A DNA stretch of 64,000 nt from Pseudomonas sp. (GTDB lineage: Bacteria > Pseudomonadota > Gammaproteobacteria > Pseudomonadales > Pseudomonadaceae), in contig JAUYKV010000069.1 of assembly GCA_030699825.1 (NCBI GenBank), positions 8,421-72,420 on the forward strand, given 5' to 3'. Numbering within the stretch: the first letter of the stretch is position 1; every line of letters starts with the position of its first letter. A model generated the notes under the pieces. The model was not told the origin of the DNA and ran no database searches. It worked only from the letters and a program-made list of their open reading frames with translations. Made by a program: the position numbers and the translations under genes. Positions 17,933 through 29,367 of the stretch are shown here, piece after piece.

Positions 17933-18087
17933 GGGAAACTCCTGGTTAATCCTGGTTAACTAGACATTGAACATCAGTCTTCACGGATCGGTACCGGCAC
18001 GCTCGCAGACGATTGCACAAGCCCCGCACAAGGGATGCTGCACGCATGCGATAATCGAACAGCTACTTGGCAGCCCATACTAGCCTA

Positions 18088-19098
18088 TCACCGTTCTGGA
18101 GGAACGCCCTCAACCCGCTCAAGCACGGCTCTTGCGGCCGACCCTGCGACATCCTGGGCCTTCTCCAGCCAGCGCACCACCAATGGCCACACCTCACGCT
18201 GCGCCTCTTTGCTGACCAACATCTCGACATGGCCGAAATCGCTGGCGAAAGCGTTTTCCTTGCCCAGACAGAGAAACTCGCTGAGCGGCGAACCGAACTG
18301 CTCGAACAACTTGCGGCAGGCCCAGGGGGGATCCTGCCGGTCACCCATGGCCGCGACCGCCAACAGCGGCACTCGCACCTCGGCCAGACCGGCCCACCAA
18401 TCGCGCTCGGCGTCGCCGAAGCGACCAAACAGACCATGCCAGCGCAAGCTCTCCAGGGCCAGGCCGATCGGCTCGTCTTCCGGGCCACGCTTGAGCCGCG
18501 AGCCGGAAATCACCGAAAAGCGCTTGAGTAGCAGACGTCCGCCCCACTCCACCGGGGGCACTTTCAGCGGCCAGTAGGTGCGACTGATCTGGCTGCCGAA
18601 CAACGCCGCCGACGCCACTCGCGCTTGATCGAGGTAGTGCCCGCCCAGCGCCCCGGCGAGGGTGATGCCCCCCAGCGAATGGCCGATCCAGTGGGCCTCT
18701 TGCGGGTTCTGTTCATGGACGAAGTCGGCAATCGCCGGCAGGTCGTAGCGCACGTAGTCGCTGACGCGGTTGTGCCGGTACGCCTTGTTGCGCGGCGACA
18801 GCCCATGCCCGCGCATTTCGGCGATCCACACATCGAAGCCGGCACGCGCCAGATGAGGACCGAGGCCAAGGCCCTTGGGCGAATACCAGAAACGTCGATT
18901 GGAAAAACTGCCGTGCAACAAGATCACCGGCACGCCGCGCTCGGCCGCATGCCCGGCCACGCCCAGGCGGGTGAGGGCCAACCCGACACTGGGGTCAGGG
19001 CTGTTGCCGGGCTTGAGGCGATAGACATCCTCACTCAAGTCGCCACGTAGTTCCGCGCCGATCAAGGCGACGGGAAAAAGCTCGCTGCTGCTTTGCAT
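18088..19098 (-). CDS. Alpha/beta hydrolase (EstX-like esterase)
   Basis: LLHGSFS oxyanion motif and nucleophile elbow GHSLGG; synteny between rraA and ppsA. Confidence 0.88.
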   Translation of the reverse strand: MQSSSELFPVALIGAELRGDLSEDVYRLKPGNSPDPSVGLALTRLGVAGHAAERGVPVILLHGSFSNRRFWYSPKGLGLGPHLARAGFDVWIAEMRGHGLSPRNKAYRHNRVSDYVRYDLPAIADFVHEQNPQEAHWIGHSLGGITLAGALGGHYLDQARVASAALFGSQISRTYWPLKVPPVEWGGRLLLKRFSVISGSRLKRGPEDEPIGLALESLRWHGLFGRFGDAERDWWAGLAEVRVPLLAVAAMGDRQDPPWACRKLFEQFGSPLSEFLCLGKENAFASDFGHVEMLVSKEAQREVWPLVVRWLEKAQDVAGSAARAVLERVEGVPPER

Positions 19099-19112
19099 CT
19101 TTGCTCTTGCAC

Positions 19113-19140
19113 AAAAAAGGGCAGGATTAACCTGCCCTTG
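19113..19140 (-). terminator. Intrinsic terminator after ppsA
   Basis: Minus strand AAGGGCAGG-TTAAT-CCTGCCCTT-TTTT. Confidence 0.7.
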
Positions 19141-19160
19141 AATTAAAGGTTAACGGTAGA

Positions 19161-21533
19161 TCAGGCTGGCTGGCCTTCCGCCAGGAAGAACCAGGTATCC
19201 AATACCGAATCCGGGTTCAGCGACACGCTTTCGATGCCCTGCTCCATCAGCCAGCGCGCCAGATCCGGATGATCCGAAGGGCCCTGACCGCAGATACCGA
19301 TGTACTTGCCCGCCTTGTTACAGGCCTGGATGGCGTTGCTCAGCAGCTTCTTGACCGCCGGGTTACGTTCGTCGAACAGGTGCGCAACGATGCCGGAGTC
19401 GCGATCCAGGCCCAGGGTCAGCTGGGTCAGGTCGTTGGATCCGATCGAGAAGCCGTCGAAGAACTCGAGGAACTCTTCCGCCAGAATCGCGTTGGACGGC
19501 AGTTCGCACATCATGATGATGCGCAAGCCGTTCTCGCCGCGCTTGAGGCCGTTGCTGGCCAGCAGGTCGATCACCTGACTGGCTTCGCCGAGGGTGCGCA
19601 CGAAAGGCACCATGATCTCGACGTTGGTCAGGCCCATCTCATTGCGCACCTTCTTCATCGCCCGGCATTCCAGCTCGAAGCAATCGCGGAAGGATTCACT
19701 GATGTAGCGCGAGGCGCCACGGAAGCCGAGCATCGGGTTCTCTTCTTCCGGCTCGTACAGCTTGCCGCCGATCAGGTTGGCGTATTCGTTGGATTTGAAG
19801 TCGGACAGACGCACGATGACCTTCTTCGGCCAGAAGGCTGCCGCCAGGGTGCTGATGCCCTCGACCAGCTTCTCGACGTAGAAATTGACCGGGTCGTCGT
19901 AACCGGCGATACGCTTCTCGACGCTGTCTTTGATTTCCGGCGGCAAGCCGGCGAAATTCAGCAGCGCCTTGGGGTGCACGCCAATCATGCGATTGATGAT
20001 GAACTCCAGACGCGCCAGGCCCACGCCGGCGTTCGGCAACTGGGCGAAGTCGAAGGCGCGGTCCGGGTTGCCGACGTTCATCATGATCTTGAACGGCAGA
20101 TCGGGCATGGCATCCACGGAGTTTGTGCGGACATCGAAGCCCAGTTCGCCCTCGAAGATGAAGCCGGTGTCGCCCTCGGCGCAGGAGACGGTGACGCCCT
20201 GGCCATCTTTCAACACCTGGGTGGCATTGCCGCAGCCGACAACCGCCGGAACACCCAGTTCACGAGCGATGATCGCGGCGTGGCAAGTCCGTCCGCCCCG
20301 GTTGGTGACGATGGCACTGGCACGCTTCATGACCGGTTCCCAGTCCGGGTCGGTCATGTCGGAAACCAGCACGTCGCCTGGTTGCACCTTGTCCATTTCG
20401 GAGATGTCGTTGATTACCCGCACCTTGCCGGCGCCGATCTTCTGGCCGATGGCGCGGCCCTCGACCAGTATGGTGCCGGTTTCCTTGAGTAGATAACGTT
20501 CCATTACATTTACGTTAGTGCGGCTTCTAACGGTTTCCGGGCGAGCCTGGACGATATACAGCTTGCCGTCATCGCCGTCTTTGGCCCATTCGATGTCCAT
20601 CGGCCGGCCGTAGTGTTTCTCGATGATCATGGCTTGCTTGGCCAGTTCGCTGACCTCGGCATCGGTCAGACAGAAGCGCGCGCGCTCGGCGCGGTCGACA
20701 TCGACCACCTTGACCGACTTGCCGGCCTTGGCTTCGTCGCCGTAGATCATCTTGATCGCTTTGCTGCCCAGGTTGCGGCGCAGGATCGCCGGACGCCCGG
20801 CCTCGAGGGTCTGCTTGTGTACATAGAATTCGTCTGGGTTGACCGCGCCCTGCACCACGGTTTCGCCGAGGCCATAGGCGCCGGTGATGAACACCACATC
20901 GCGAAAGCCCGACTCGGTATCCAGGGTGAACATGACCCCGGCGGTGCCGGTTTCCGAACGCACCATGCGCTGCACGCCGGCAGACAGGGCCACCAGCTTG
21001 TGGTCGAAGCCCTGATGCACGCGGTAGGAGATGGCGCGGTCGTTGAACAGCGAGGCGAACACTTCCTTGGCCGCACGGATCACATTGTCCACGCCGCGAA
21101 TGTTCAAGAAGGTTTCTTGCTGGCCGGCGAAGGAGGCATCCGGCAGGTCTTCGGCGGTGGCCGAGGAGCGCACGGCGACGGCCATATGCTCATTGCCGCC
21201 AGCCATGGCGGCAAATGCCTTGCGGATCTCCGCGTCGAGCTTTTCCGGGAAAGGCGCGTCCATCACCCATTGGCGGATCTGCGCACCTGTCTTGGCCAGG
21301 GCGTTGACATCGTCGACATCAAGGGCATCCAGCGCCGCATGGATCTGCTCATTCAGGCCGCTCTGCTCGAGAAAGTCGCGGTAGGCCTGGGCGGTAGTGG
21401 CGAAACCACCGGGCACCGATACACCAGCGCCGGCAAGGTTGCTGATCATCTCGCCCAGGGAGGCGTTCTTGCCCCCTACGTGCTCAACATCGTGATTGCC
21501 GAGCTTATCGAGGGAAACTACGTACTCTACCAA
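19161..21533 (-). CDS. ppsA: Phosphoenolpyruvate synthase
   Basis: TTG start ([10 protein letters not shown]); [34 protein letters not shown] phospho-His motif. Confidence 0.97.
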   Translation of the reverse strand: MVEYVVSLDKLGNHDVEHVGGKNASLGEMISNLAGAGVSVPGGFATTAQAYRDFLEQSGLNEQIHAALDALDVDDVNALAKTGAQIRQWVMDAPFPEKLDAEIRKAFAAMAGGNEHMAVAVRSSATAEDLPDASFAGQQETFLNIRGVDNVIRAAKEVFASLFNDRAISYRVHQGFDHKLVALSAGVQRMVRSETGTAGVMFTLDTESGFRDVVFITGAYGLGETVVQGAVNPDEFYVHKQTLEAGRPAILRRNLGSKAIKMIYGDEAKAGKSVKVVDVDRAERARFCLTDAEVSELAKQAMIIEKHYGRPMDIEWAKDGDDGKLYIVQARPETVRSRTNVNVMERYLLKETGTILVEGRAIGQKIGAGKVRVINDISEMDKVQPGDVLVSDMTDPDWEPVMKRASAIVTNRGGRTCHAAIIARELGVPAVVGCGNATQVLKDGQGVTVSCAEGDTGFIFEGELGFDVRTNSVDAMPDLPFKIMMNVGNPDRAFDFAQLPNAGVGLARLEFIINRMIGVHPKALLNFAGLPPEIKDSVEKRIAGYDDPVNFYVEKLVEGISTLAAAFWPKKVIVRLSDFKSNEYANLIGGKLYEPEEENPMLGFRGASRYISESFRDCFELECRAMKKVRNEMGLTNVEIMVPFVRTLGEASQVIDLLASNGLKRGENGLRIIMMCELPSNAILAEEFLEFFDGFSIGSNDLTQLTLGLDRDSGIVAHLFDERNPAVKKLLSNAIQACNKAGKYIGICGQGPSDHPDLARWLMEQGIESVSLNPDSVLDTWFFLAEGQPA

Positions 21534-21709
21534 GGTGATCTCTCCACTAAAGTGTTGGAAAAGCTCAGAACAGACTCTCCAGGGACTGGGAAGCTCGGCC
21601 GATTGTGGCCGAGCCCTGGAAAATAAGTAACAATGCAGCCAATTCAGGCCTGCCAAAGCGGGCCCCATGATAGCCAAGAATCGTCCTCAGCTTAAGGCCC
21701 AGGGTACAA

Positions 21710-22528
21710 ATGAAACGAAGCGCATTTTTCATCTCCGACGGCACCGGCATCACGGCCGAAACCCTGGGTCAGAGCTTATTGGCGCAGTTCGAAACCATCA
21801 ACTTCACCAAACTCACGCGCCCCTACATCGACAGCGTGGAAAAAGCGCGCGTAATGGTACAACAAATCAATACTGCTGCCGAGAATGACGATGCGCGACC
21901 AATCATCTTCGACACCATCGTCAACCAGGAAATCCGCGAGGTTTTAGCCGAATCAGACGGCTTCATGATCGACATCTTCTCGAGTTTCCTCGCCCCCCTG
22001 GAGCAGGAACTGAGCTCGCATTCGTCCTACTCGGTCGGCAAGTCCCACTCCATCGGGCACAACTCCAATTACATGGAGCGGATCGAGGCGGTGAACTTCG
22101 CCCTGGACAACGACGACGGCGCCCGCACGCACTATTACGACAAGGCCGACCTGATCCTGGTCGGCGTTTCCCGCTGCGGCAAAACGCCCACTTGCCTGTA
22201 TATGGCAATGCAATACGGAATTCGTGCCGCAAATTATCCATTGACCGAAGATGACATGGAACGCCTGCAACTGCCTGCCGTGCTGAAAAAGCACAGGGAC
22301 AAGCTGTTCGGCCTGACCATCGACCCCGATCGCCTCACCGCCATTCGCCACGAACGCAAGCCCAACAGTCGCTACGCCAGCTTCGCCCAATGCGAGTTCG
22401 AGGTGCGCGAAGTGGAAAGCCTGTTCCGCCGCGAAAACATCAACTTCATCAATTCCACCTATTTTTCCGTGGAAGAAATTTCTGCCAAGATCCTGGTAGA
22501 AAAAGGCGTCGAACGGCGCTTGAAGTAG
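21710..22528 (+). CDS. ppsR: PEP synthase regulatory kinase/pyrophosphorylase
   Basis: [21 protein letters not shown]; divergent from ppsA. Confidence 0.95.
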   Translation: MKRSAFFISDGTGITAETLGQSLLAQFETINFTKLTRPYIDSVEKARVMVQQINTAAENDDARPIIFDTIVNQEIREVLAESDGFMIDIFSSFLAPLEQELSSHSSYSVGKSHSIGHNSNYMERIEAVNFALDNDDGARTHYYDKADLILVGVSRCGKTPTCLYMAMQYGIRAANYPLTEDDMERLQLPAVLKKHRDKLFGLTIDPDRLTAIRHERKPNSRYASFAQCEFEVREVESLFRRENINFINSTYFSVEEISAKILVEKGVERRLK

Positions 22529-22542
22529 GCTGGAGCGGGGGC

Positions 22543-24027
22543 TTATATCACCCACATATCCATGAACCGCTGCACCGGCGTAGCCTCGAGCGCCGCCTGA
22601 TCCTTGCACAGGGCGAAGATCTGCGCACTGCGTCGAGCGGGGAAACGGGTTGCCAGATTGGCCTTGAACTTTTCTTCCAGCAGCGGGATGCCCTCGGCGC
22701 GGCGCCGGCGATGGCCGAGCGGATACTCGACCTCGACCTTCTCGGTGCTGCTGCCATCCTTGAAAAACACCTGCACGGCGTTGGCAATGGAACGCTTGTC
22801 TGCCTCCAGGTATTCGCGGCTGTAGCGCGCGTCCTCGACGATTTCCATCTTCGCGCGCAGCTCGTCGATGATCGGGTTGGCGGCATGAAAATCGTCTTCA
22901 TAGTGTTCGGCCACCAGGTTGCCGAAGGCCAGCGGCACGGCGGTCATGTACTGGATGCAGTGATCGCGGTCGGCCGGGTTGGCCAGCGTGCCGACCTTGG
23001 AGATGATGCGGATCGCCGACTCGTGGGTGCTGATGACGATCCTGGCGATCTGCGGCAGGCGATCTTTGACCTGCGGATACAGGATCACCGCCGCTTCACA
23101 GGCGGTCTGCGCATGAAACTCGGCCGGGAAGCTGATCTTGAACAGCACGTTTTCCATCACATAGCTGGCGAAACCCTGGGAAAAACCGAATTGGCGCGCC
23201 TCGACCGGCTTCAGCGCCAGGTCGTTGTTGCTGTGACTGAACAGCACGTCGTAGAAGCCCCACTGCGGCGCGCTCAGTGCACCGGGAATGCCCATCTCGC
23301 CGCGCATGGCGATATCGGCCAGGCGCACGCCGCGACTGCTGGCATCGCCTGCCGCCCAGGACTTGCGGCTGCCGGCGTTTGGCGCATGACGGTAGGTACG
23401 CAGCGCCTGACCGTCGACGAAGACCTGGGAGATGGCCGACAGCAGTTGTTCGCGGTCCGCGCCCATCAGCTTGGCGCAGACGGCGGCCGAGGCCAGCTTG
23501 ACCAGCAGCACGTGATCCAGGCCGACCCGGTTGAAGGAATTTTCCAGGGCGAACACGCCCTGGATCTCGTGGGCCATGATCATCGCGTCCAGCACCGCAC
23601 GCATGCTCAGCGGCGCCTCGCCCCGGGCCACGCACTGCTGCGACAGATGGTCGGCCACGGCGAGAATGCCACCGAGATTGTCCGACGGATGGCCCCACTC
23701 GGCCGCCAGCCAGGTGTCGTTGTAGTCCAGCCAGCGTACGATACAGCCGATGTCCCAGGCCGCCTTGACCGGATCCAGGCGCAAACGGGTACCCGGCACC
23801 CGCGCGCCGTGCGGCACCAGGGTGCCCTCGACGAGCGGCCCGAGGTGCTTGGTGCATTCGGGAAAGCGCAGCGCCAGCAAACCGCAACCGAGGGTGTCCA
23901 TCAGGCAGTTGCGCGCGGTGTCCAGGGCTTCGGCGGACTCGATCTGGTAGTTCAGGACATAGTCGGCGACGTCCTGGATCACCTGGTCATAGTCGGGGCG
24001 GACGTTCAGGTCAACATTGGCGCTCAT
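22543..24027 (-). CDS. prpD: 2-methylcitrate dehydratase
   Basis: [43 protein letters not shown]. Confidence 0.96.
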   Translation of the reverse strand: MSANVDLNVRPDYDQVIQDVADYVLNYQIESAEALDTARNCLMDTLGCGLLALRFPECTKHLGPLVEGTLVPHGARVPGTRLRLDPVKAAWDIGCIVRWLDYNDTWLAAEWGHPSDNLGGILAVADHLSQQCVARGEAPLSMRAVLDAMIMAHEIQGVFALENSFNRVGLDHVLLVKLASAAVCAKLMGADREQLLSAISQVFVDGQALRTYRHAPNAGSRKSWAAGDASSRGVRLADIAMRGEMGIPGALSAPQWGFYDVLFSHSNNDLALKPVEARQFGFSQGFASYVMENVLFKISFPAEFHAQTACEAAVILYPQVKDRLPQIARIVISTHESAIRIISKVGTLANPADRDHCIQYMTAVPLAFGNLVAEHYEDDFHAANPIIDELRAKMEIVEDARYSREYLEADKRSIANAVQVFFKDGSSTEKVEVEYPLGHRRRRAEGIPLLEEKFKANLATRFPARRSAQIFALCKDQAALEATPVQRFMDMWVI

Positions 24028-24097
24028 GCTTCGATCTCCCTGGATAGCAGGCTGATGAATTCGGTCACGGCGTCCCGGTCGTGGCCCTCACATGAAG

Positions 24098-24159
24098 TGT
24101 AGGAGCGGGGGGACGCCTAGTTCCACGCCCGCGAATCGCACGCATGGCGTGCTCCCACA
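24098..24159. repeat. Degenerate REP doublet
   Basis: TGTAGGAGCG...GCTCCCACA; shares GGGGGACGCCTAG with the element at 59233. Confidence 0.6.
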
Positions 24160-24195
24160 GGTTTTCATGCCGCCAAGGCGAACAGGCCGCGAGGC

Positions 24196-25395
24196 TCAGA
24201 ACGCATCGCCGGGTACGCGCACCCAGCCTTCCATCAGCACGCGGGCGCTGCGACTCATGATCGCCTTGACCACCGTCCATTCGCCGTTGACCTGGCTGGC
24301 CTCTGCACCAACCCGCAGGGTGCCCGATGGGTGGCCGAAGCGCACCGCGCTGCGCGCACCGCCGCCAGCCGCAAGATTGACCAGGGTGCCTGGAATCGCC
24401 GCGGCGGTACCGATGGCCACGGCCGCCGTGCCCATCATGGCGTGGTGCAGCTTGCCCATGGACAGCGCCCGCACCAGCAGGTCGACCTCGTCGGCGCTGA
24501 TGGTCTTGCCGCTGGAGGCGAGGTAGTCCCTGGGCGGCGCGACGAAGGCGATCTTCGGCGTGTGCTGACGCTTGGCCGCCTCTTCCGGCGTTTTGATCAG
24601 CCCCATGCGCAGGGCTGCGGCGATGCGAATCTGCTCGAACTTCTCCAGCGCCTTGGCATCCGAGTTGATCGCCTCGCGCAGTTCGCTGCCGCTGTAGCCG
24701 ATGTCCTCGGCATTGACGAACACGGTGGGGATGCCGGCGGTGATCATGGTGGCCTTGAGCGTGCCGCTCTTTACAACATCAGCGGGCACGTCGAGATCGT
24801 CGACCAGGTTGCCGGTGGGGAACATCGAGCCGCCCTCCTCGCCGTCATCGGACGGATTGAGGAACTCCAGCACGATCTCGGCCGCCGGAAATGTCACGCC
24901 GTCCAGCTCGAAGTCGCCGGTTTCCTGGACCTGGCCGTCGCTCACCGGCACATGGGCGATGATGGTCTTGTTGATGTTGGCCTGCCAGATGCGCACCACG
25001 CAGGTGCCGTTCTGCGGGACGCGCGCCGGATCGATCAGGCCGGCGTGGATCGCAAACGCGCCAGCGGCGGTGGACAGGTTGCCGCAGTTGCCAGACCAAT
25101 CGACAAAGGCCGAGTCGATCGAAACCTGACCATAAAGGTAGTCCACGTCATGCTCGGGCACGCCGCTCTTGGCCAGGATCACGCACTTGCTGGTACTGGA
25201 GGTGGCGCTGCCCATGCCGTCGATGTGCGCGGCGTAGGGGTCCGGGCTGCCGATCACACGCATGAACAGCTTGTCACGCGCCTCGCCCGGCACCTGGCAG
25301 CGCTCGGGCAGGTCTTGCAGGCGGAAAAATACGCCCTTGCTGGTGCCGCCACGGATGTAGGTGGCGGGAATTTTGATTTGAGGTGCGTGGGGCAT
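24196..25395 (-). CDS. prpF: 2-methylaconitate cis-trans isomerase
   Basis: YIRGGTSKG, SGNCGN, RALSMGKLHHA, GHPSGTL. Confidence 0.96.
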   Translation of the reverse strand: MPHAPQIKIPATYIRGGTSKGVFFRLQDLPERCQVPGEARDKLFMRVIGSPDPYAAHIDGMGSATSSTSKCVILAKSGVPEHDVDYLYGQVSIDSAFVDWSGNCGNLSTAAGAFAIHAGLIDPARVPQNGTCVVRIWQANINKTIIAHVPVSDGQVQETGDFELDGVTFPAAEIVLEFLNPSDDGEEGGSMFPTGNLVDDLDVPADVVKSGTLKATMITAGIPTVFVNAEDIGYSGSELREAINSDAKALEKFEQIRIAAALRMGLIKTPEEAAKRQHTPKIAFVAPPRDYLASSGKTISADEVDLLVRALSMGKLHHAMMGTAAVAIGTAAAIPGTLVNLAAGGGARSAVRFGHPSGTLRVGAEASQVNGEWTVVKAIMSRSARVLMEGWVRVPGDAF

Positions 25396-25432
25396 GGCTA
25401 AGACCTACTCCAAATTATGTGAAGACAACGCG

Positions 25433-25494
25433 TGTAGGAGGGGCTTTAGCCGCGAGCTTTTTAAAGCTAAATCGCGGCTAAAGCCCCTCCCACA
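25433..25494. repeat. REP doublet (REPIN), GT(A/G)GGAGGGGCTTTAGCCGCGA family
   Basis: TGTAGGAGGGGCTTTAGCCGCGA...TCGCGGCTAAAGCCCCTCCCACA inverted pair; same family at 47883, 61213 and 63363. Confidence 0.9.
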
Positions 25495-25503
25495 ACACTG
25501 CGC

Positions 25504-28131
25504 TTAAACTGCCACCGTCGCCTCAAGGAAGTCCTGAGCGAAGCGCTGCAGCACACCGCCGGCGTTGTAGACGTTGACTTCGGCAGCGGTGTCCAGACGG
25601 CAGGTCACCGGGACCTTGACCACGTCGCCATTACGGCGATTGACCACCAGGGTCAGTTCGCCGCGCGGCGACAGCTCGCCCTGGATGTCGTAGGTCTCGC
25701 TGCCGTCGAGGCCGAGGGTCAGGCGGGTGGTGCCCGGCTTGAGCTCGACCGGCAGCACGCCCATGCCAACCAGGTTGGTGCGGTGAATGCGCTCGAAACC
25801 TTCCGCCACAATCACTTCCACACCCGCCAGGCGCACGCCCTTGGCCGCCCAGTCACGGGAGCTGCCCTGACCGTAGTCGGCACCGGCGACGATGATCAGG
25901 TTCTGCTTGCGGTTCATGTAGGTTTCGATCGCTTCCCACATGCGCATGACCTTGCCCTCGGGTTCCACGCGCGCAAGCGAACCTTTCTTCACCACACCGT
26001 CGACCACGGCCATTTCATTGACCAGTTCTTTGTTGGCGAAAGTAGCGCGCTGCGCCGTCAGGTGGTCGCCGCGATGGGTGGCGTAGGAGTTGAAGTCCTC
26101 CTCAGGCAGGCCCATCTTGTGCAGGTACTCACCGGCGGCCGAACTCATCTGGATCGCGTTGGACGGCGACAGATGGTCGGTGGTGATGTTGTCCGGCAGG
26201 ATCGCCAGCGGGCGCATGCCCTTGAGGGTGCGCTCGCCGGCCAGGGCGCCTTCCCAGTACGGCGGACGGCGAATATAGGTACTCATCGGACGCCAGTCGT
26301 ACAGCGGGCTTTCGGCTTGCGCAATAGTGCCCAGATCGAACATCGGGATGTAGATCTGCTTGAACTGCTCCGGTTTCACGCTGACTGCGACAATCGCGTC
26401 GATCTCCTCGTCGCTCGGCCACAGGTCCTTCAGGGTGACGGGATTGCCGGCCTTGTCGGTACCCAACACGTCCTGCTCGATGTCGAAGCGCATGGTACCG
26501 GCGATGGCGTAGGCCACCACCAGCGGCGGCGAAGCCAGGAAGGCCTGCTTGGCGTACGGATGGATACGGCCGTCGAAGTTGCGGTTGCCGGACAGTACCG
26601 CGGTGGCGTACAGGTCGCGGTCGATGATTTCCTGCTGGATCACCGGGTCCAGTGCGCCGGACATGCCGTTGCAGGTGGTGCAGGCGTAGCCGACGATGCC
26701 GAAGCCGAGCTGCTCCAGCTCCGACAGCAGGCCGGCTTCTTCCAGGTACAGCTTGGCGACCTTGGAGCCCGGGGCAAACGAGGTCTTGACCCACGGCTTG
26801 CGCACCAGGCCCAGGGCATTGGCCTTTTTCGCCAGCAGACCGGCGGCGACCACGTTGCGCGGATTGGAGGTGTTGGTGCAGCTGGTGATGGCGGCGATGA
26901 TCACCGCGCCGTCGGGCATCAGGCCTTCACTTTCTTCAATTTTGCCAGCCGCCAGTTTGGCTTCGTCGGCAATACCGCGCTCATGCAGCGCCGAGGTCGG
27001 CAAGCGGCGATGCGGATTGCTCGGACCCGCCATATTGCGCACCACTGTGCTCAGGTCGAAGCTCAGCACACGCTCGTACTCGGCCGTGACCAGAGCATCG
27101 GCCCACAGGCCGGCAGTCTTGGCGTAGTTTTCCACCAGCGCTACCTGTTCCGGTTCGCGCCCGGTGAGTTTGAGGTAGTCGATGGTCTGCTGGTCGATGT
27201 AGAACATCGAGGCGGTGGCGCCGTATTCCGGGCACATATTGGAGATGGTCGCGCGGTCGCCGATGGTCAGGCTGTCGGCACCCTCGCCGAAGAACTCGAC
27301 CCAGGCACCCACCACGCGCTCCTTGCGCAGGAACTCGGTGATGGCCAGCACGATGTCGGTGGCGGTGATGCCGGGCTGGCGCTTGCCGATCAGCTTGACT
27401 CCGACGATGTCGGGCAGGCGCATCATCGACGGCAGGCCCAACATCACGGTTTCCGCTTCCAGACCACCGACGCCGATGGCGATCACACCCAGAGCATCAA
27501 CGTGCGGAGTGTGCGAGTCGGTGCCCACGCAGGTGTCCGGGAAGGCCACGCGCTTGCCATTTTCATCCGCGCGAGCCTGGATCACCGGGCTCATCTTCTC
27601 CAGGTTGATCTGGTGCATGATGCCGTTGCCGGCCGGGATCACGTCGACGTTCTTGAACGCAGTCTTGGTCCACTCGATAAAGTGGAAGCGGTCCTCATTG
27701 CGCCGGTCTTCGATGGCGCGGTTCTTGGCGAAGGCATCCGGATCAAAGCCTGCGGCTTCCACGGCCAGGGAATGGTCGACGATCAGCTGGGTCGGTACCA
27801 CCGGGTTGACCTTGGACGGATCACCGCCCTTCTCGGCGATGGCGTCGCGCAGGCCGGCCAGGTCGACCAGCGCGGTCTGACCGAGGATGTCGTGGCAGAC
27901 CACGCGAGCCGGGTACCAGGGGAAGTCCAGATCGCGCTTGCGCTCGATCAGCTGCTTGAGCGAATCGGTCAGGGCGTCCGGCTCGCAGCGGCGCACCAGT
28001 TGCTCAGCCAGCACGCGGGAGGTATAGGGCAGCTTGGCGTAGGCACCGGGGGCGATGGCATCGATCGCCGCGCGGGTGTCGAAGTAGTCCAGCGCGCTGC
28101 CGGCCAGTGGCTTGCGGTATTGAGTGTTCAT
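25504..28131 (-). CDS. acnD: Fe/S-dependent 2-methylisocitrate dehydratase
   Basis: FPWYPARVVCHDILGQTALVD, AAITSCTNTSNP, CTTCNGMSG; adjacent to prpF; alternative start at 28137. Confidence 0.96.
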   Translation of the reverse strand: MNTQYRKPLAGSALDYFDTRAAIDAIAPGAYAKLPYTSRVLAEQLVRRCEPDALTDSLKQLIERKRDLDFPWYPARVVCHDILGQTALVDLAGLRDAIAEKGGDPSKVNPVVPTQLIVDHSLAVEAAGFDPDAFAKNRAIEDRRNEDRFHFIEWTKTAFKNVDVIPAGNGIMHQINLEKMSPVIQARADENGKRVAFPDTCVGTDSHTPHVDALGVIAIGVGGLEAETVMLGLPSMMRLPDIVGVKLIGKRQPGITATDIVLAITEFLRKERVVGAWVEFFGEGADSLTIGDRATISNMCPEYGATASMFYIDQQTIDYLKLTGREPEQVALVENYAKTAGLWADALVTAEYERVLSFDLSTVVRNMAGPSNPHRRLPTSALHERGIADEAKLAAGKIEESEGLMPDGAVIIAAITSCTNTSNPRNVVAAGLLAKKANALGLVRKPWVKTSFAPGSKVAKLYLEEAGLLSELEQLGFGIVGYACTTCNGMSGALDPVIQQEIIDRDLYATAVLSGNRNFDGRIHPYAKQAFLASPPLVVAYAIAGTMRFDIEQDVLGTDKAGNPVTLKDLWPSDEEIDAIVAVSVKPEQFKQIYIPMFDLGTIAQAESPLYDWRPMSTYIRRPPYWEGALAGERTLKGMRPLAILPDNITTDHLSPSNAIQMSSAAGEYLHKMGLPEEDFNSYATHRGDHLTAQRATFANKELVNEMAVVDGVVKKGSLARVEPEGKVMRMWEAIETYMNRKQNLIIVAGADYGQGSSRDWAAKGVRLAGVEVIVAEGFERIHRTNLVGMGVLPVELKPGTTRLTLGLDGSETYDIQGELSPRGELTLVVNRRNGDVVKVPVTCRLDTAAEVNVYNAGGVLQRFAQDFLEATVAV

Positions 28132-28133
28132 GG

Positions 28134-29297
28134 TCATGGACGATCCTTGAGCGGCACGAACTTGAGGTCTTCGGGACCGACGTAGTTGGCGCTCGGGCGG
28201 ATGATCTTGCCGTCGATGCGCTGCTCGATGACGTGGCTGGACCAGCCCGAGGTGCGCGCAATGACGAACAGCGGGGTGAACATGGCGGTCGGCACGCCCA
28301 TCATGTGATAGCTGACCGCGCTGAACCAATCGAGGTTGGGGAACATCTTCTTGATCTCCCACATGGTCGATTCCAGACGCTCGGCGATGTCGTACATTTT
28401 CATGTTGCCCTGCTCGGTGGAGAGCTCGCGGGCCACGTCCTTGATCACCTTGTTGCGCGGATCGCTCACGGTGTAGACCGGATGGCCGAAACCGATCACC
28501 ACTTCCTTCTTCTCGACCCGGGCACGGATATCGGCCTCGGCTTCGTCCGGGTTGTCGTAGCGCTTCTGAATCTCGAAGGCCACCTCGTTGGCGCCGCCAT
28601 GCTTGGGGCCGCGCAGCGCGCCGATGCCGCCGGCAATGGCGGAGAACATATCCGAACCGGTGCCGGCGATCACCCGCGAGGCAAAGGTCGAGGCGTTGAA
28701 CTCATGCTCGGCATACAGGTTGAGCGAGGTGTGCATGGCACGCACCCAGGAATCGCGCGGCTTCTCACCGTGTAACAAATGGAGGAAGTGGCCGCCGATG
28801 GAGTCGTCGTCAGTTTCAACGTCGATGCGCTTGCCGTTGTGGCTGAAGTGATACCAGTACAGCAACGCGGAACCCAGCGAGGCCATCAGCTTGTCGGCGA
28901 TGTCGCGGGCGCCGGGGTGGTTGTGGTCGTCTTTCTCCGGCGACACACAACCCAGCACGGACACAGCGGTGCGCATCACATCCATCGGGTGGGCGGACGG
29001 CGGCAGTTGCTCGAGAGACACCTTCAGCGCCGCAGGCAAACCACGTAGCGCCTTGAGCTTGGCCTTGTAGCCGGCCAGCTCGGCAACGTTCGGCAATTTG
29101 CCGTGTACCAGCAGGTGGGCGATTTCTTCGAATTCGCAGCGGTTGGCAAAATCCAGCACATCGTAGCCGCGGTAGTGCAAGTCGTTGCCAGTACGGCCGA
29201 CGGTGCACAGTGCGGTGTTGCCGGCGGTGGTGCCGCTCAGGGCTACGGATTTCTTCGGTTTGAAGCCTGGGCTGGTGGTTTCTGGGGTCGTGCTCAT
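28134..29297 (-). CDS. prpC: 2-methylcitrate synthase
   Basis: [35 protein letters not shown]. Confidence 0.96.
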   Translation of the reverse strand: MSTTPETTSPGFKPKKSVALSGTTAGNTALCTVGRTGNDLHYRGYDVLDFANRCEFEEIAHLLVHGKLPNVAELAGYKAKLKALRGLPAALKVSLEQLPPSAHPMDVMRTAVSVLGCVSPEKDDHNHPGARDIADKLMASLGSALLYWYHFSHNGKRIDVETDDDSIGGHFLHLLHGEKPRDSWVRAMHTSLNLYAEHEFNASTFASRVIAGTGSDMFSAIAGGIGALRGPKHGGANEVAFEIQKRYDNPDEAEADIRARVEKKEVVIGFGHPVYTVSDPRNKVIKDVARELSTEQGNMKMYDIAERLESTMWEIKKMFPNLDWFSAVSYHMMGVPTAMFTPLFVIARTSGWSSHVIEQRIDGKIIRPSANYVGPEDLKFVPLKDRP

Positions 29298-29367
29298 CAC
29301 TTGTCTCCTCATCCGATCCGGTCGGGTCGTTCTTGTTATGCGCGAGCCGCTGCGGCTCGCGCTCCGG

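Noticed and set aside
22543-28131. Co-occurrence of prpD with acnD/prpF (apparently redundant routes)
   Set aside because: This is a common arrangement in Pseudomonas, not novel
25783-28185. 800-aa plus-strand ORF, and similar long ORFs such as 5259-6710, 8204-9973, 19269-20492, 22390-24102, 51307-52962 and 53945-56738
   Set aside because: These are antisense shadows of well-supported GC3-rich genes and show no independent motifs
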